Assembly: GCA_036445935.1 (NCBI GenBank)
Contig: JAZFSB010000179.1
Coordinates: 1-30,093, forward strand
DNA length: 30,093 bases
Direction: 5' to 3'
Source: Alphaproteobacteria bacterium
Lineage (GTDB): Bacteria; Pseudomonadota; Alphaproteobacteria; MPNO01; UBA2964
Program-made: the position numbers and the translations under genes
Shown: positions 18,038 to 30,093 of the stretch, in pieces
How positions within the stretch are numbered: the first letter of the stretch is position 1
Layout: each line of letters begins with the position of its first letter
The notes under the pieces: model-generated
Database searches by the model: none
Told to the model about the DNA's origin: nothing
What the model saw: the letters and a program-made list of their open reading frames with translations, nothing else

Positions 18038-19473
18038 GAACCCTTCCGCTGACCATCGGCACCATTCATTTCTGCGGCATCGGCGGCATCGGCATGAGCG
18101 GCATCGCCGAAGTGCTGCACAATCTTGGCTATGCCGTCCAGGGCAGCGACATCGCCGACAGCGCCAACGTCAAGCGGCTGCGCGCGCTTGGCATCACGGT
18201 GATGATCGGCCATGAGGCGGATAATCTGCGCGAAGCCAGCGTCATGGTGATGTCGTCCGCGGTGATGCCCGACAACCCGGAAATGGTCGAGGCGCGCAAA
18301 CGCCTGATCCCCGTCGTCCGCCGCGCCGAAATGCTGGCGGAGCTGATGCGCCTGAAATGGGCGATCGCCGTCGGCGGCACGCACGGCAAGACGACGACGA
18401 CGTCGCTGATCGCCGCCATGCTGGACAGCGCGGGTTATGACCCGACCGTGATCAATGGCGGCATTATCAATGCCTACGGCACCAACGCCCGGCTTGGCGA
18501 CGGCGAGTGGATCGTGGTCGAGGCCGACGAATCCGACGGCACCTTCGTCAAGCTGCCGGCCACCATCGCGGTCGTCACCAACATCGACCCCGAGCATCTC
18601 GATTTCTATGGCTCGTTCGATGCGGTGCGCAAGGCGTTCGTATCCTTTGTCGAGAACATCCCGTTCTACGGGCTGGCCGTTCTGTGCATCGACCACCCCG
18701 AGGTGCAGGCGCTGATCCCGCAGGTTTCCGACCGCAAGATCGTCACCTACGGCATGAGCCCGCAGGCCGACGTGCGCGCCGAAAATCTCGAAGCGGATGG
18801 CCCGGCGACCAGCTTTGATATCGTATTCTCGGGCCGCTCGACGGCGGCGGACACACGGATCGATGGCATCTTCCTGCCGATGGCCGGACGCCACAACGTG
18901 CAGAACGCGCTCGCCGCCATCGCCATCGCCCAGGAAATGGGCATCGACGCGGATGGCATCCGCAAGGGGCTGGCCGGGTTCGCCGGGGTCAAACGGCGCT
19001 TCACCATCGTGGGCACGGTGGGCGGCATTACCGTGGTCGATGATTACGGCCACCACCCGGTAGAGATCACATGCGTACTGGCGGCCGCCCGCGCGGCCAA
19101 CCCGCGTGAGGTGATCGCCGTGGTGCAACCGCACCGCTATTCACGCCTGCGCGACTTGTTCGAGGATTTCTGCACCTGCTTCAACGACGCCGACACGGTG
19201 ATCGTCGCCGATGTCTATCCGGCCGGCGAAAGCCCGATCGAGGGCTTCGACCGCGACGGGCTGGCCGAGGGGCTGCGCGCGCATGGTCACCGCCGGGTCG
19301 TCACCCTGTCGGGCCCGGCGGCGCTGGCCGGCGTGATCGCCGACATGGCGCAAGACGGCGACTGGGTGATCTGCCTCGGCGCCGGCAACATCACCGCCTG
19401 GGCCAATGCGTTGCCGGCGGAACTGGAAACAATCCTGGACATCGCCCCCACATCGCGGGAGGCCACGCCGTGA
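18034..19473 (+). CDS. murC: UDP-MurNAc:L-Ala ligase
   Basis: [46 protein letters not shown]. Confidence 0.98.
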   Translation: MRTLPLTIGTIHFCGIGGIGMSGIAEVLHNLGYAVQGSDIADSANVKRLRALGITVMIGHEADNLREASVMVMSSAVMPDNPEMVEARKRLIPVVRRAEMLAELMRLKWAIAVGGTHGKTTTTSLIAAMLDSAGYDPTVINGGIINAYGTNARLGDGEWIVVEADESDGTFVKLPATIAVVTNIDPEHLDFYGSFDAVRKAFVSFVENIPFYGLAVLCIDHPEVQALIPQVSDRKIVTYGMSPQADVRAENLEADGPATSFDIVFSGRSTAADTRIDGIFLPMAGRHNVQNALAAIAIAQEMGIDADGIRKGLAGFAGVKRRFTIVGTVGGITVVDDYGHHPVEITCVLAAARAANPREVIAVVQPHRYSRLRDLFEDFCTCFNDADTVIVADVYPAGESPIEGFDRDGLAEGLRAHGHRRVVTLSGPAALAGVIADMAQDGDWVICLGAGNITAWANALPAELETILDIAPTSREATP

Positions 19474-20411
19474 TGCCCGCCTTCCGCCTCGATACCCTGG
19501 CCGACCGGCTGCCGCCCGCGCGGGGCCGCCTGACGCCGGACGCCAATATCGCGCGCACCAGCTGGTTCCGGGTCGGGGGCACGGCTGAAATTCTGTTCGA
19601 GCCCGCCGACCAGGACGATGTGGCCGCCTTCCTCGCCAACCTGCCGGGCGATATTCCGGTCACGGTGATCGGGGTCGGCTCGAACCTGTTGATCCGCGAT
19701 GGCGGGATTCCGGGCGTCACCATCCGGCTGGGGCGGCCCTTCGCCGCGATCACCATCGCCGATAGTCGCGTGACCGCCGGCGCCGGCGCCGTCGATATCA
19801 ATGTCGCCCGCGCCGCCCGCGACGCCGGACTCGGCGGGCTGGAATTCCTCAGCGGCATCCCCGGCACGGTCGGCGGCGCGGTGCGCATGAACGCCGGCGC
19901 CTATGGCGGCGAGGTCGCCGACGTGCTGCTCGAAGCCCTTGCGCTCGACCGTGCGGGCACGGTACAGCGCGTGCCGGCATCAGCGCTCGATTTCAGCTAT
20001 CGCCACTGCTCCGCGCCGGACGACTGGATCTTCACCGAAGCGGTGTTCCGGGCCCGGCCCGACGATGCCGCGGCGATCGCGGCCCGGATGGACGAAATCG
20101 CCGGGGCCCGCGGCGACAGCCAGCCAATCCGCGAGCGAACCGGCGGCAGCACCTTCAAGAACCCGCCCGACGCCAAGGCGTGGGAGCTGATCGACGCTGC
20201 CGGGTGCCGGGGGCTGATGGTCGGCGGCGCCCGCGTGTCCGACGTTCACTGCAACTTCCTGATCAACACCGGATCGGCCACCGCCTCGGATCTCGAGACG
20301 CTGGGCGAGACCGTGCGCCGGCGTGTCGCCGAGCGGCTCGGTGTGACGCTGGAATGGGAAATCCGCCGCATTGGCGTAACCGCCGACGGCGAGAGCGGAG
20401 GCGGCTCATGA
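19470..20411 (+). CDS. murB: UDP-N-acetylenolpyruvoylglucosamine reductase
   Basis: [55 protein letters not shown] 19470 or ATG 19473. Confidence 0.97.
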   Translation: MMPAFRLDTLADRLPPARGRLTPDANIARTSWFRVGGTAEILFEPADQDDVAAFLANLPGDIPVTVIGVGSNLLIRDGGIPGVTIRLGRPFAAITIADSRVTAGAGAVDINVARAARDAGLGGLEFLSGIPGTVGGAVRMNAGAYGGEVADVLLEALALDRAGTVQRVPASALDFSYRHCSAPDDWIFTEAVFRARPDDAAAIAARMDEIAGARGDSQPIRERTGGSTFKNPPDAKAWELIDAAGCRGLMVGGARVSDVHCNFLINTGSATASDLETLGETVRRRVAERLGVTLEWEIRRIGVTADGESGGGS

Positions 20412-21334
20412 GCGCGCGCCGCACCGTCGCCGTCCTGATGGGGGGCATCTCCAGCGAACGCGAGGTGTCGCTGGTATCGGGCGCCGCGGTCGCCGACGCG
20501 CTGGCCACGGAAGGCTACGAAGTCACCGGCATCGAGGTCGGGCGCGATATCGACGCCTTGTTGGCAGCCCTCACGCCGCATCCCGACGTCGTGTTCAACG
20601 CGCTGCACGGGCGCTTTGGCGAGGATGGCTGCGTGCAGGGGCTGCTTGAACTGCTCGACATCCCCTACACCCACTCCGGCGTGCTGGCGTCCGCGCTGGC
20701 GATGGACAAGCCGACCGCCAAGCGGCTGTTCGAGGTGGCGGGCATTCCCTGCGCCAAACATATCGTCACCGACCGCGACGCGGTGCTGGCGGGCGATGTG
20801 ATGCCCCGCCCCTATGTCGTAAAACCGCTTAACGAGGGCTCGAGCGTCGGCGTGACCATCGTGCGCGATACCGCCGATGCACCGGCCTTGTCGCGCGACG
20901 ACTGGCCGTTCGGAGAACGCGTCATGGTCGAGAGCTATGTGCCGGGCCGTGAAATTACCGTCGCCGTGATGGGCGACCGCGCGCTCGGGGTGACCGAGCT
21001 GCGCACTGGCGATGGTTTTTACGATTATGAAGCGAAATACACCGACGGCAAAACCGAACACCTGCTGCCGGCACCGTTGCCGCCGGAAATCTACGACGCC
21101 GCGATGAAGCACGCCGTGGACGCGCACCAGGCGCTCAACTGTCGCGGGGTAACCCGCGCCGACCTGCGCTACGACGACACGAAAGGCGAACCGGGCGCGC
21201 TTTATCTCCTCGAGATCAATACCCAGCCCGGCATGACGCCACTGTCGCTGGTGCCGGAACTTGCCGCCCACGCAGGCATCGAATTCGGCGCGCTGGTGAG
21301 CTGGATGGTGGAGGACGCCTCATGCGGTGGCTAA
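20408..21334 (+). CDS. ddl: D-alanine-D-alanine ligase
   Basis: ATG 20408 overlaps the murB stop. MGGISSEREVSL, LHGRFGEDG, EGSSVGV, YDYEAKY, EINTQPG. Confidence 0.97.
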   Translation: MSARRTVAVLMGGISSEREVSLVSGAAVADALATEGYEVTGIEVGRDIDALLAALTPHPDVVFNALHGRFGEDGCVQGLLELLDIPYTHSGVLASALAMDKPTAKRLFEVAGIPCAKHIVTDRDAVLAGDVMPRPYVVKPLNEGSSVGVTIVRDTADAPALSRDDWPFGERVMVESYVPGREITVAVMGDRALGVTELRTGDGFYDYEAKYTDGKTEHLLPAPLPPEIYDAAMKHAVDAHQALNCRGVTRADLRYDDTKGEPGALYLLEINTQPGMTPLSLVPELAAHAGIEFGALVSWMVEDASCGG

Positions 21335-22179
21335 GCGGCGGGAAATCGGGCGCCGGAGCCAAGGCCCCGGCCCGGCGGCGCAAGGCGGCGCCGCGCTGGC
21401 TGCGCCCGGCGCGCAATACCGCCATCGCGCTTGGCCTCGCCGCCATCTTCATTGGCGGGCCGGTCTGGCTGTGGCAATCCGGGCTGATCAGCGCCGCCGC
21501 GACATCGGTGCGCGATGCCGCCATCGCACGGACCGCGAGCGCCGGCATGACCGTCCAGAACGTGCTGTTGGGCGGCCGTCACAACACCCCTCACCGGGCG
21601 GTACGCCGCGCCGTCGGGCTGCGCCGCGGCGACGCCATACTGGGCATCGATATCGACGCGATCCGCACCCGCCTCAAAGCCATCCCCTGGATACGCGAAG
21701 CGACGGTCGTCCGCCGCCTGCCGAACACCATCGCCATCCAGATCGTCGAGCGCAAACCTTTCGCGCTGTGGCAGCGCAAGCGCAAGCTCGTGCTGGTCGA
21801 CGATCTCGGCGTCGTCATCACCGCCCGGCGGCTCGGCGCGTTCCGCAAGCTGCCGATCCTGGTAGGTGGCGATGCACCCCGCCATGCACCGAGCCTGTTC
21901 GCCATGCTGAAAAGCGAGCCCCGGCTGGCACGCAAGGTGATTTCCGCCGTGCGCGTGGGCAAGCGGCGCTGGAACGTCGAATTCAAGAACGGCATCAAGG
22001 TCCGACTTCCCGAAACCGACCCGCATCTGGCGTGGCGTCGCCTCGCGCGGCTCGATGCGCGCCATCGGCTGCTGGCGCGGGACGTCCGGATGATCGACAT
22101 GCGCCTGCCCGACCGGCTGATCCTTCGGCCGGGTCCCCTCGGCGGCCAGACCAATCGCGGCAAGGGGCAGCGGACGTGA
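21322..22179 (+). CDS. ftsQ: Cell division protein FtsQ/DivIB
   Basis: Short basic cytoplasmic N-terminus, one TM, POTRA-like segment (LKAIPWIREATVVRRLPNTIAIQIVERKPFALWQ), C-terminal IDMRLPDRL; lies between ddl and ftsA. Confidence 0.93.
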   Translation: MRWLSGGKSGAGAKAPARRRKAAPRWLRPARNTAIALGLAAIFIGGPVWLWQSGLISAAATSVRDAAIARTASAGMTVQNVLLGGRHNTPHRAVRRAVGLRRGDAILGIDIDAIRTRLKAIPWIREATVVRRLPNTIAIQIVERKPFALWQRKRKLVLVDDLGVVITARRLGAFRKLPILVGGDAPRHAPSLFAMLKSEPRLARKVISAVRVGKRRWNVEFKNGIKVRLPETDPHLAWRRLARLDARHRLLARDVRMIDMRLPDRLILRPGPLGGQTNRGKGQRT

Positions 22180-22206
22180 ACAATTTGCTGCGGAGAGAAC
22201 ACACAA

Positions 22207-23451
22207 GTGGGTAAGACACGAACCGGACTGATCGCGGCGCTTGATGTAGGCAGCGCAAAGGTATGCTGCCTGATCGCGCACGCGTTGACCGACGGTGCGA
22301 TCCGCGTGGTCGGCGTCGGCCATCACGGATCCGAAGGGGTGCGCGCCGGCGCCATTATCGACATGAACGCGGCCGAAAGCTCGATCCTCAAGGCCGTAAC
22401 CGCGGCCGAGGAGCTGGCTGGCGAACGCATCCGCGAAGTAACCATCAACGTTTCCGGCGGCAATCTGGAATCACAGATCCACAGCGCCGAGGCCGGCATC
22501 GCGGGGCGCGAGATTTCAGCCACCGATATCGGCCGCATCATCGCCCAGGCCAGCACCGGCGAACGCCCGGCCGACCGCGAGTTGCTGCACTGCCTGCCGG
22601 TCGGCTACACCGTCGATACCACCCGCGGCATTCGCGATCCGCGCGGCATGTTCGCCGATTCGCTATCGGCTTCGGTCCACATGATCACTGCCCGCGCGGC
22701 AACGCTGCGCAACCTCGGCACCTGCGTGCAACGCTGTCACCTGGATATCGAATCCGCGGTCGCCGCGCCCTACGCGTCCAGCCTGGCCTGCCTGGTGGCG
22801 GACGAAATCGATCTTGGCGTCACGCTGGTCGACATGGGCGCCGGCACCACCACGATCGCGGTATTCTATGACGGCGAGATCATTCACGCGGATTCCATCC
22901 CGGTCGGCGGCCAGCACGTCACCAGTGACATCGCGCGCGGCCTGTCCACCTCGCTCGCTCATGCCGAGCGCATGAAAACCCTGTTCGGCAGCGCAATCCC
23001 GTCGCCAACCGACGAGCGCGAGTTGATCGACGTGCCGCTGATCGGAGAGGAGAGCGCCAACCAGCAGAACCATGTGCCGCGTTCGCTGCTCAACGGCATT
23101 ATCCGCCCCCGGCTCGAGGAAACCTTCGAGCTGGTGCGCAGCCATCTGGAGGTAGCGGGCGTAGACCGCCTGGCCGGCCGCCGCATGGTTCTGACCGGTG
23201 GCGCCAGCCAGCTTCAGGGCGTGCGTGAACTGGGCGCGTTGATTCTCGAAAAGCAGGTCCGCATGGGGCGGCCGATGCGGATCAGCGGCCTCGCCGAGGC
23301 GACCAGCGGACCGGCCTTCGCCACCGCCGCGGGCCTGCTGCGATTCGCCGTCGAAAAGCAGGCCGAGGCGCTGGACGGCGCGGACATGGTTCCGACCGGC
23401 CCGCCCTGGCGTCTCAACCGGATCAGCCAATGGCTGAGGGAGTATTTCTGA
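22207..23451 (+). CDS. ftsA: Cell division protein FtsA
   Basis: ALDVGSAKV, DMGAGTT, GGQHVTSDIA, AERMK, LTGGASQL, C-terminal amphipathic RISQWLREYF. GTG start with upstream GGAGAG. Confidence 0.97.
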   Translation: MGKTRTGLIAALDVGSAKVCCLIAHALTDGAIRVVGVGHHGSEGVRAGAIIDMNAAESSILKAVTAAEELAGERIREVTINVSGGNLESQIHSAEAGIAGREISATDIGRIIAQASTGERPADRELLHCLPVGYTVDTTRGIRDPRGMFADSLSASVHMITARAATLRNLGTCVQRCHLDIESAVAAPYASSLACLVADEIDLGVTLVDMGAGTTTIAVFYDGEIIHADSIPVGGQHVTSDIARGLSTSLAHAERMKTLFGSAIPSPTDERELIDVPLIGEESANQQNHVPRSLLNGIIRPRLEETFELVRSHLEVAGVDRLAGRRMVLTGGASQLQGVRELGALILEKQVRMGRPMRISGLAEATSGPAFATAAGLLRFAVEKQAEALDGADMVPTGPPWRLNRISQWLREYF

Positions 23452-23544
23452 TGTCCGACGAATGTATTTGTTCACCCATACCCGCCGGAGGGATTTCCGG
23501 CGGTTCCGTTCCCGCCAAGCGTAACCAATGTCAAGGAGGCTAGA

Positions 23545-25170
23545 ATGACGATTACCTTCTCCACACCCGAACAGGATACCCAGCTCAAGCCGAGGATCAC
23601 CGTTATCGGCGTCGGCGGGGCTGGCGGCAATGCCGTCAACAACATGATCGAGAAGCAGCTTGGTGGCGTCGATTTCGTCGTCGCCAATACCGACGCGCAA
23701 TCGCTGGCGCAATCCCAGACCGAGCGGCGCATCCAGTTGGGACGCACCATTACGCACGGCCTGGGCGCGGGCGCGCGGCCCGACATGGGGCGCGCCGCCG
23801 CCGAGGAGGCGATCGATGATATAGCCCAGCACCTGCAGGGTTCTCATATGGTGTTCATCGCATCGGGCATGGGTGGCGGCACCGGCACCGGGGCGGCGCC
23901 AGTCGTTGCCCGCATGGCCCGCGAGCAGGGCATGCTGACGGTCGGCGTGGTCACCAAGCCGTTCCAGTTCGAAGGCACCAACCGGATGCGGATCGCCGAT
24001 GCCGGTATCGAGGAAATGCAGCAATTCGTCGATACGCTGATCGTAATCCCCAACCAGAACCTGTTCCGTATCGCCAACGAGAAGACCACGTTCGCCGACG
24101 CTTTCGCGATGGCGGATGACGTGCTGCATTGCGGCGTGCGCGGCGTCACCGACCTGATGGTGGTGCCCGGGCTGATCAATCTGGACTTCGCCGATATTCG
24201 CAGCGTCATGTCGGAAATGGGCAAGGCGATGATGGGCACCGGCGAATCCGATGGCGAGGAACGCGCCCGGCTCGCGGCGGAGGCGGCAATTTCCAATCCG
24301 CTGCTCGACGACGTGTCGATGAGAGGCGCGCGCGGCGTGCTGATCAACATCACCGGCGGTCCCGACATGACCTTGTTCGAAGTCGATGAAGCAGCCAACC
24401 GGATCGGCGAAGAAGTCGATTCAGAAGCCAACATCATCTTTGGCTCGGCACTCGACCCCTCTCTGGAAGGCCGAATTCGTGTCTCGGTCGTGGCCACCGG
24501 TATCGATGTCGATGCCAGCGTCCAGCCCCGCCCGGTGCTGAAGGTCTACAGCTCTGACGCGGTGGCGACCGGAACCCACGGTGGCAGCCATACGCCCGCG
24601 GAATATCGCAACGGGGCCGAAACACAACCGATCGAGGCGCGCGCCCCGGCGCTGGCCCCGGTCGCCGAGGTACCGGCACCGATCCCCGAACCTCCGGCCA
24701 TCATCGAGCTGCCAAGCGAGGAGGTTCCGGCCGATACCGCGCCTGAGACCGCAACGGCCCAACCGATAGAGATCGATGAGCCGTTCATCCCGCCAATCCC
24801 CGTGGAGGCCCCGAAACCCGTGGTCGCGATGCCGCAGGCCGCCGCCCCCACTACCCCGTTCCGAGGCGACGCCGCCATGGTCAACCCGGCCCCCGCGACG
24901 GAGAAGAAACGTGGGCCTAACCTGTTCCAGCGCATGACCGGCGCCGCCTGGACCCGTCGGGATGAACCGGAACCCGGCATTAACCCGGTCACAACGCCCG
25001 AGGCGCCTCAGCCGGCCCCAAAACCGGCGCAATCTCCGCTTTCCACGGCCCTGCCCGAGACAGCGCAGCCGACGTTGCTCGGGGTCGATCGCCAGGACCA
25101 GCCAGCAGCGAGCCAAACCGAGGAGGACCTGCTTGATATTCCGGCCTTCCTGCGGCGTCAGGCCAACTGA
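23545..25170 (+). CDS. ftsZ: Cell division protein FtsZ, long alphaproteobacterial form
   Basis: [17 protein letters not shown] tubulin signature, INLDFAD, about 200-aa Pro/Ala/Glu-rich linker, C-terminal [12 protein letters not shown]. Strong RBS AAGGAGG at 23533-23539. Confidence 0.99.
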   Translation: MTITFSTPEQDTQLKPRITVIGVGGAGGNAVNNMIEKQLGGVDFVVANTDAQSLAQSQTERRIQLGRTITHGLGAGARPDMGRAAAEEAIDDIAQHLQGSHMVFIASGMGGGTGTGAAPVVARMAREQGMLTVGVVTKPFQFEGTNRMRIADAGIEEMQQFVDTLIVIPNQNLFRIANEKTTFADAFAMADDVLHCGVRGVTDLMVVPGLINLDFADIRSVMSEMGKAMMGTGESDGEERARLAAEAAISNPLLDDVSMRGARGVLINITGGPDMTLFEVDEAANRIGEEVDSEANIIFGSALDPSLEGRIRVSVVATGIDVDASVQPRPVLKVYSSDAVATGTHGGSHTPAEYRNGAETQPIEARAPALAPVAEVPAPIPEPPAIIELPSEEVPADTAPETATAQPIEIDEPFIPPIPVEAPKPVVAMPQAAAPTTPFRGDAAMVNPAPATEKKRGPNLFQRMTGAAWTRRDEPEPGINPVTTPEAPQPAPKPAQSPLSTALPETAQPTLLGVDRQDQPAASQTEEDLLDIPAFLRRQAN

Positions 25171-25219
25171 GGGGCATATCCCGCTTAAAACCGTAACATT
25201 CTGTAACAATTGTTGATTT

Positions 25220-25261
25220 GAGGGCTTCGAGCAGGTTTGGTAAACAAACCTCGAAGCCCTC
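25220..25261. repeat. Inverted repeat (11-bp outer stem plus 6-bp inner stem) between ftsZ and lpxC
   Basis: GAGGGCTTCGA (25220-25230) pairs with TCGAAGCCCTC (25251-25261); GGTTTG (25234-25239) pairs with CAAACC (25245-25250); 3-nt bulge, 5-nt loop. Confidence 0.75.
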
Positions 25262-25366
25262 TTATCATCCGAGGGAAAATTGTTCGCGGGGGATCCGGAG
25301 CACGTTTAGCGGATGTGGTCTGGAGAGGCGATTTAGGAATACCGGTATACCGGGGGGATAGTAATT

Positions 25367-26341
25367 GTGGGAAATAGTGTGCGTTCACCATACGGACCGA
25401 TCGATAGCGGAATGGCATCGATCCGTCAGAAAACTCTGAAAACCTCGATTTCCTGCACTGGCATCGGGCTCCATTCGGGCCATGACGTGGCGATGACCCT
25501 GCATCCGGCGGATGCGGGAGCAGGCATTTCGTTCCACCGCACCGATGTTCCCGCCCATGATGCTGATATTCCGGCGTCCTGGCGCAGTGTCGTCGATACC
25601 CGCATGGCGACGACTCTCGGCAATCAGGCAGGAACACGCATTTCCACGGTCGAACACCTGATGGCTGCGCTGGCTGGTTGCGGCATCGACAATGCCGTGA
25701 TCGATGTCGATGGCCCCGAGGTTCCCGTCATGGATGGGAGCGCCGCGCCGTTCATTTTCCTGATTGAATGCGCCGGCGTGGTCGAGCAGGGCGCGCCCCG
25801 GCGGGCGATTCGCATCGACAGCCCGATTTCGGTGGGGGACGAAAAGCGCTTTATCTCCGCGCGACCGGACGAGAGTTTCAATATTTCCTTCGAAATCGAT
25901 TTCGCGAATGCGGCGGTGGCGAGCCAATCGCTGACGATGCGGCTGGTCAATGGCACGTTCAAGACCGAAATAGCGCGCGCCCGCACTTTCGGTTTCGCCG
26001 ACGAAGTTGACGCATTGCGCGAAGCCGGGCTGGCGCGTGGCGGTTCGCTCGACAACGCCGTCGTCATCAGCGGCAACAAGGTGCTGAACGGCGATGGGCT
26101 GCGCTATAGTGACGAATTCGTTCGCCACAAGATCCTCGACTGCGTCGGCGACCTGTATCTCGCCGGTGGGCCAATCATTGGGCGGATCGACGCCCTTCGG
26201 TCCGGCCATAGCCTCAATCATCACCTGTTGCGCGAACTGTTCGCCAACGACGAGGCCTGGTCGTGGGTCGAATTGACCGACATGGTTGTACCCGGCGCCA
26301 CATTCGGCTGGGAGCCAGAAGCCCAGGTCGCCATCGCCTGA
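25367..26341 (+). CDS. lpxC: UDP-3-O-acyl-GlcNAc deacetylase LpxC
   Basis: [45 protein letters not shown]. Start is GTG 25367 (G-rich SD upstream) or ATG 25412. Confidence 0.97.
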   Translation: MGNSVRSPYGPIDSGMASIRQKTLKTSISCTGIGLHSGHDVAMTLHPADAGAGISFHRTDVPAHDADIPASWRSVVDTRMATTLGNQAGTRISTVEHLMAALAGCGIDNAVIDVDGPEVPVMDGSAAPFIFLIECAGVVEQGAPRRAIRIDSPISVGDEKRFISARPDESFNISFEIDFANAAVASQSLTMRLVNGTFKTEIARARTFGFADEVDALREAGLARGGSLDNAVVISGNKVLNGDGLRYSDEFVRHKILDCVGDLYLAGGPIIGRIDALRSGHSLNHHLLRELFANDEAWSWVELTDMVVPGATFGWEPEAQVAIA

Positions 26342-26430
26342 CCCCGCCGGGTGCGCCAATGGCGCCAAAACGCCCGTAAAGCACGACCCAATTGAAGCGC
26401 GTTCACATATGGATGGCGCTCCGGCCTCCA

Positions 26431-26441
26431 TGCTATATATC
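26431..26441 (+). promoter_or_regulatory. Possible -10 element (TGCTATATATC) of a bamD promoter
   Basis: Resembles the alphaproteobacterial -10 consensus CTATAT/GCTANAWC, about 40 nt before bamD; no convincing -35. Confidence 0.35.
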
Positions 26442-26476
26442 TGGACGGGGCGATCCGGCGGATCGCGTGTGCCGGG

Positions 26477-27307
26477 ATGAAATTCAAGACTGAGATGAAG
26501 ATAAGACGTATCTCAATCACGCTGGCGTTGCTGGCCGGTCTGTCCGCCTGTGGCGGGGAGACCAAGGAAAAATATGTCGAGCGCCCAGTGCATGACATCT
26601 ACAACGGCGCCGTCAACGCGCTTGAAGGTGGCGAGCTGTCGGTCGCGGCTGCCCAGTTTGACGAGGTCGAACGTCAGCACCCCTACTCCATCTGGGCAAC
26701 CAAGGCACGGCTCATGGCGGCATACGCCTATTATCAGGGCAGCAAGTATGACGAGGCGGTCATAGCCCTGGATCGTTTCATTCAGCTGCATCCCGGTAAT
26801 CGTGACGTGCCTTACGCCTATTACCTCAGGGCGCTCAGCTACTACGAACAAATCTCCGACGTTTCGCGCGACCAGCTCGCCACCCAACAGGCGCTGCGGT
26901 CGTTGCGCGAAATCGTCCGCCGCTTCCCGCAATCCAAGTATGCCCGTGATGCGCGCCTGAAAATGGACCTGACCCAGGACCATCTGGCCGGCAAGGAGAT
27001 GCAGATTGGCCGCTATTACCTGCGGCGCAACGAAATGGTGGCCGCCATCAACCGGTTTCGCCGCGTGGTCGACAAATACCAGACCACCTCCCATGTTCCC
27101 GAGGCACTGCACCGGCTTGCGGAATCCTACGCGACCCTTGGCATGAAAGACGAAGCCAGCAAGGCCGCCGCGGTGTTGGGCCACAACTATCCAGGCAGCG
27201 AATGGTATGTCGATTCCTATTCCCTGGTGACCGGCAAATTGGTCGGCGCGAAGCAAGAACAGAAACGCCAGGGTTTCCTGGCCAGGGCCTGGAACTGGGT
27301 ATTCTGA
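26477..27307 (+). CDS. bamD: Outer membrane protein assembly lipoprotein BamD (ComL)
   Basis: Lipobox LSAC after a signal peptide; FDEVERQHPYS.WA, FIQLHPG, YAYYLRALSYY, DHLAGKEMQIGRYY, VPEALHRL TPR motifs. Alternative start ATG 26495. Confidence 0.96.
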   Translation: MKFKTEMKIRRISITLALLAGLSACGGETKEKYVERPVHDIYNGAVNALEGGELSVAAAQFDEVERQHPYSIWATKARLMAAYAYYQGSKYDEAVIALDRFIQLHPGNRDVPYAYYLRALSYYEQISDVSRDQLATQQALRSLREIVRRFPQSKYARDARLKMDLTQDHLAGKEMQIGRYYLRRNEMVAAINRFRRVVDKYQTTSHVPEALHRLAESYATLGMKDEASKAAAVLGHNYPGSEWYVDSYSLVTGKLVGAKQEQKRQGFLARAWNWVF

Positions 27308-27314
27308 ACGCGGG

Positions 27315-30093
<2,779 letters not shown>

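Noticed and set aside
20408-21334. Ddl as a D-Ala-D-Lac ligase, given the nearby D-lactate dehydrogenase-like gene
   Set aside because: The omega-loop region has Tyr (FYDYEAKY), the D-Ala-D-Ala type; the flavoprotein family oxidises D-lactate rather than making it like VanH.
22177-22209. ftsQ and ftsA share a reading frame separated by one TGA, suggesting read-through fusion
   Set aside because: Same-frame neighbours occur one time in three, and a periplasmic FtsQ C-terminus fused to cytoplasmic FtsA is topologically implausible.
25352-25382. MraZ-like TGGGA box near the lpxC start
   Set aside because: The G-rich units are 14 bp apart, not in 10-bp phase, and are explained by the SD and the GTG start.

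Overview
GC-rich alphaproteobacterial chromosomal segment (gene order and CtrA boxes suggest a Rhodospirillales-like organism; this is inference). About 23 kb is a complete, intact, canonical division/cell-wall (dcw) cluster and its usual continuation: mraZ-rsmH-ftsL-ftsI-murE-murF-mraY-murD-ftsW-murG-murC-murB-ddl-ftsQ-ftsA-ftsZ-lpxC-bamD-recN-ligA (ligA runs off the right edge). Upstream lie the RNase P RNA gene (rnpB), an AmpD-like amidase, an EamA transporter, djlA, a DUF3750-like protein, a conserved-looking hypothetical protein, and on the minus strand a DUF1445/D-glutamate-cyclase-like gene and an FAD-linked D-2-hydroxyacid dehydrogenase that runs off the left edge. I see no mobile element, prophage, CRISPR array, tRNA or rRNA, and no unambiguous new multi-gene system. 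The best leads are (i) the 398-bp rnpB-mraZ spacer, which holds a triple CtrA half-site array, a minus-strand intrinsic terminator with no gene to terminate, several hairpins and a four-copy 10-bp-phased CCAT array over a sigma70 promoter; (ii) an uncharacterised helical protein ending in a CheY-docking-like tail; (iii) a DUF3750 protein with a papain-fold-like His/NSNTF signature; (iv) a possible cell-wall D-metabolite salvage module; (v) strongly basic FtsQ and FtsI. Motif assignments were made by eye, without database searches.
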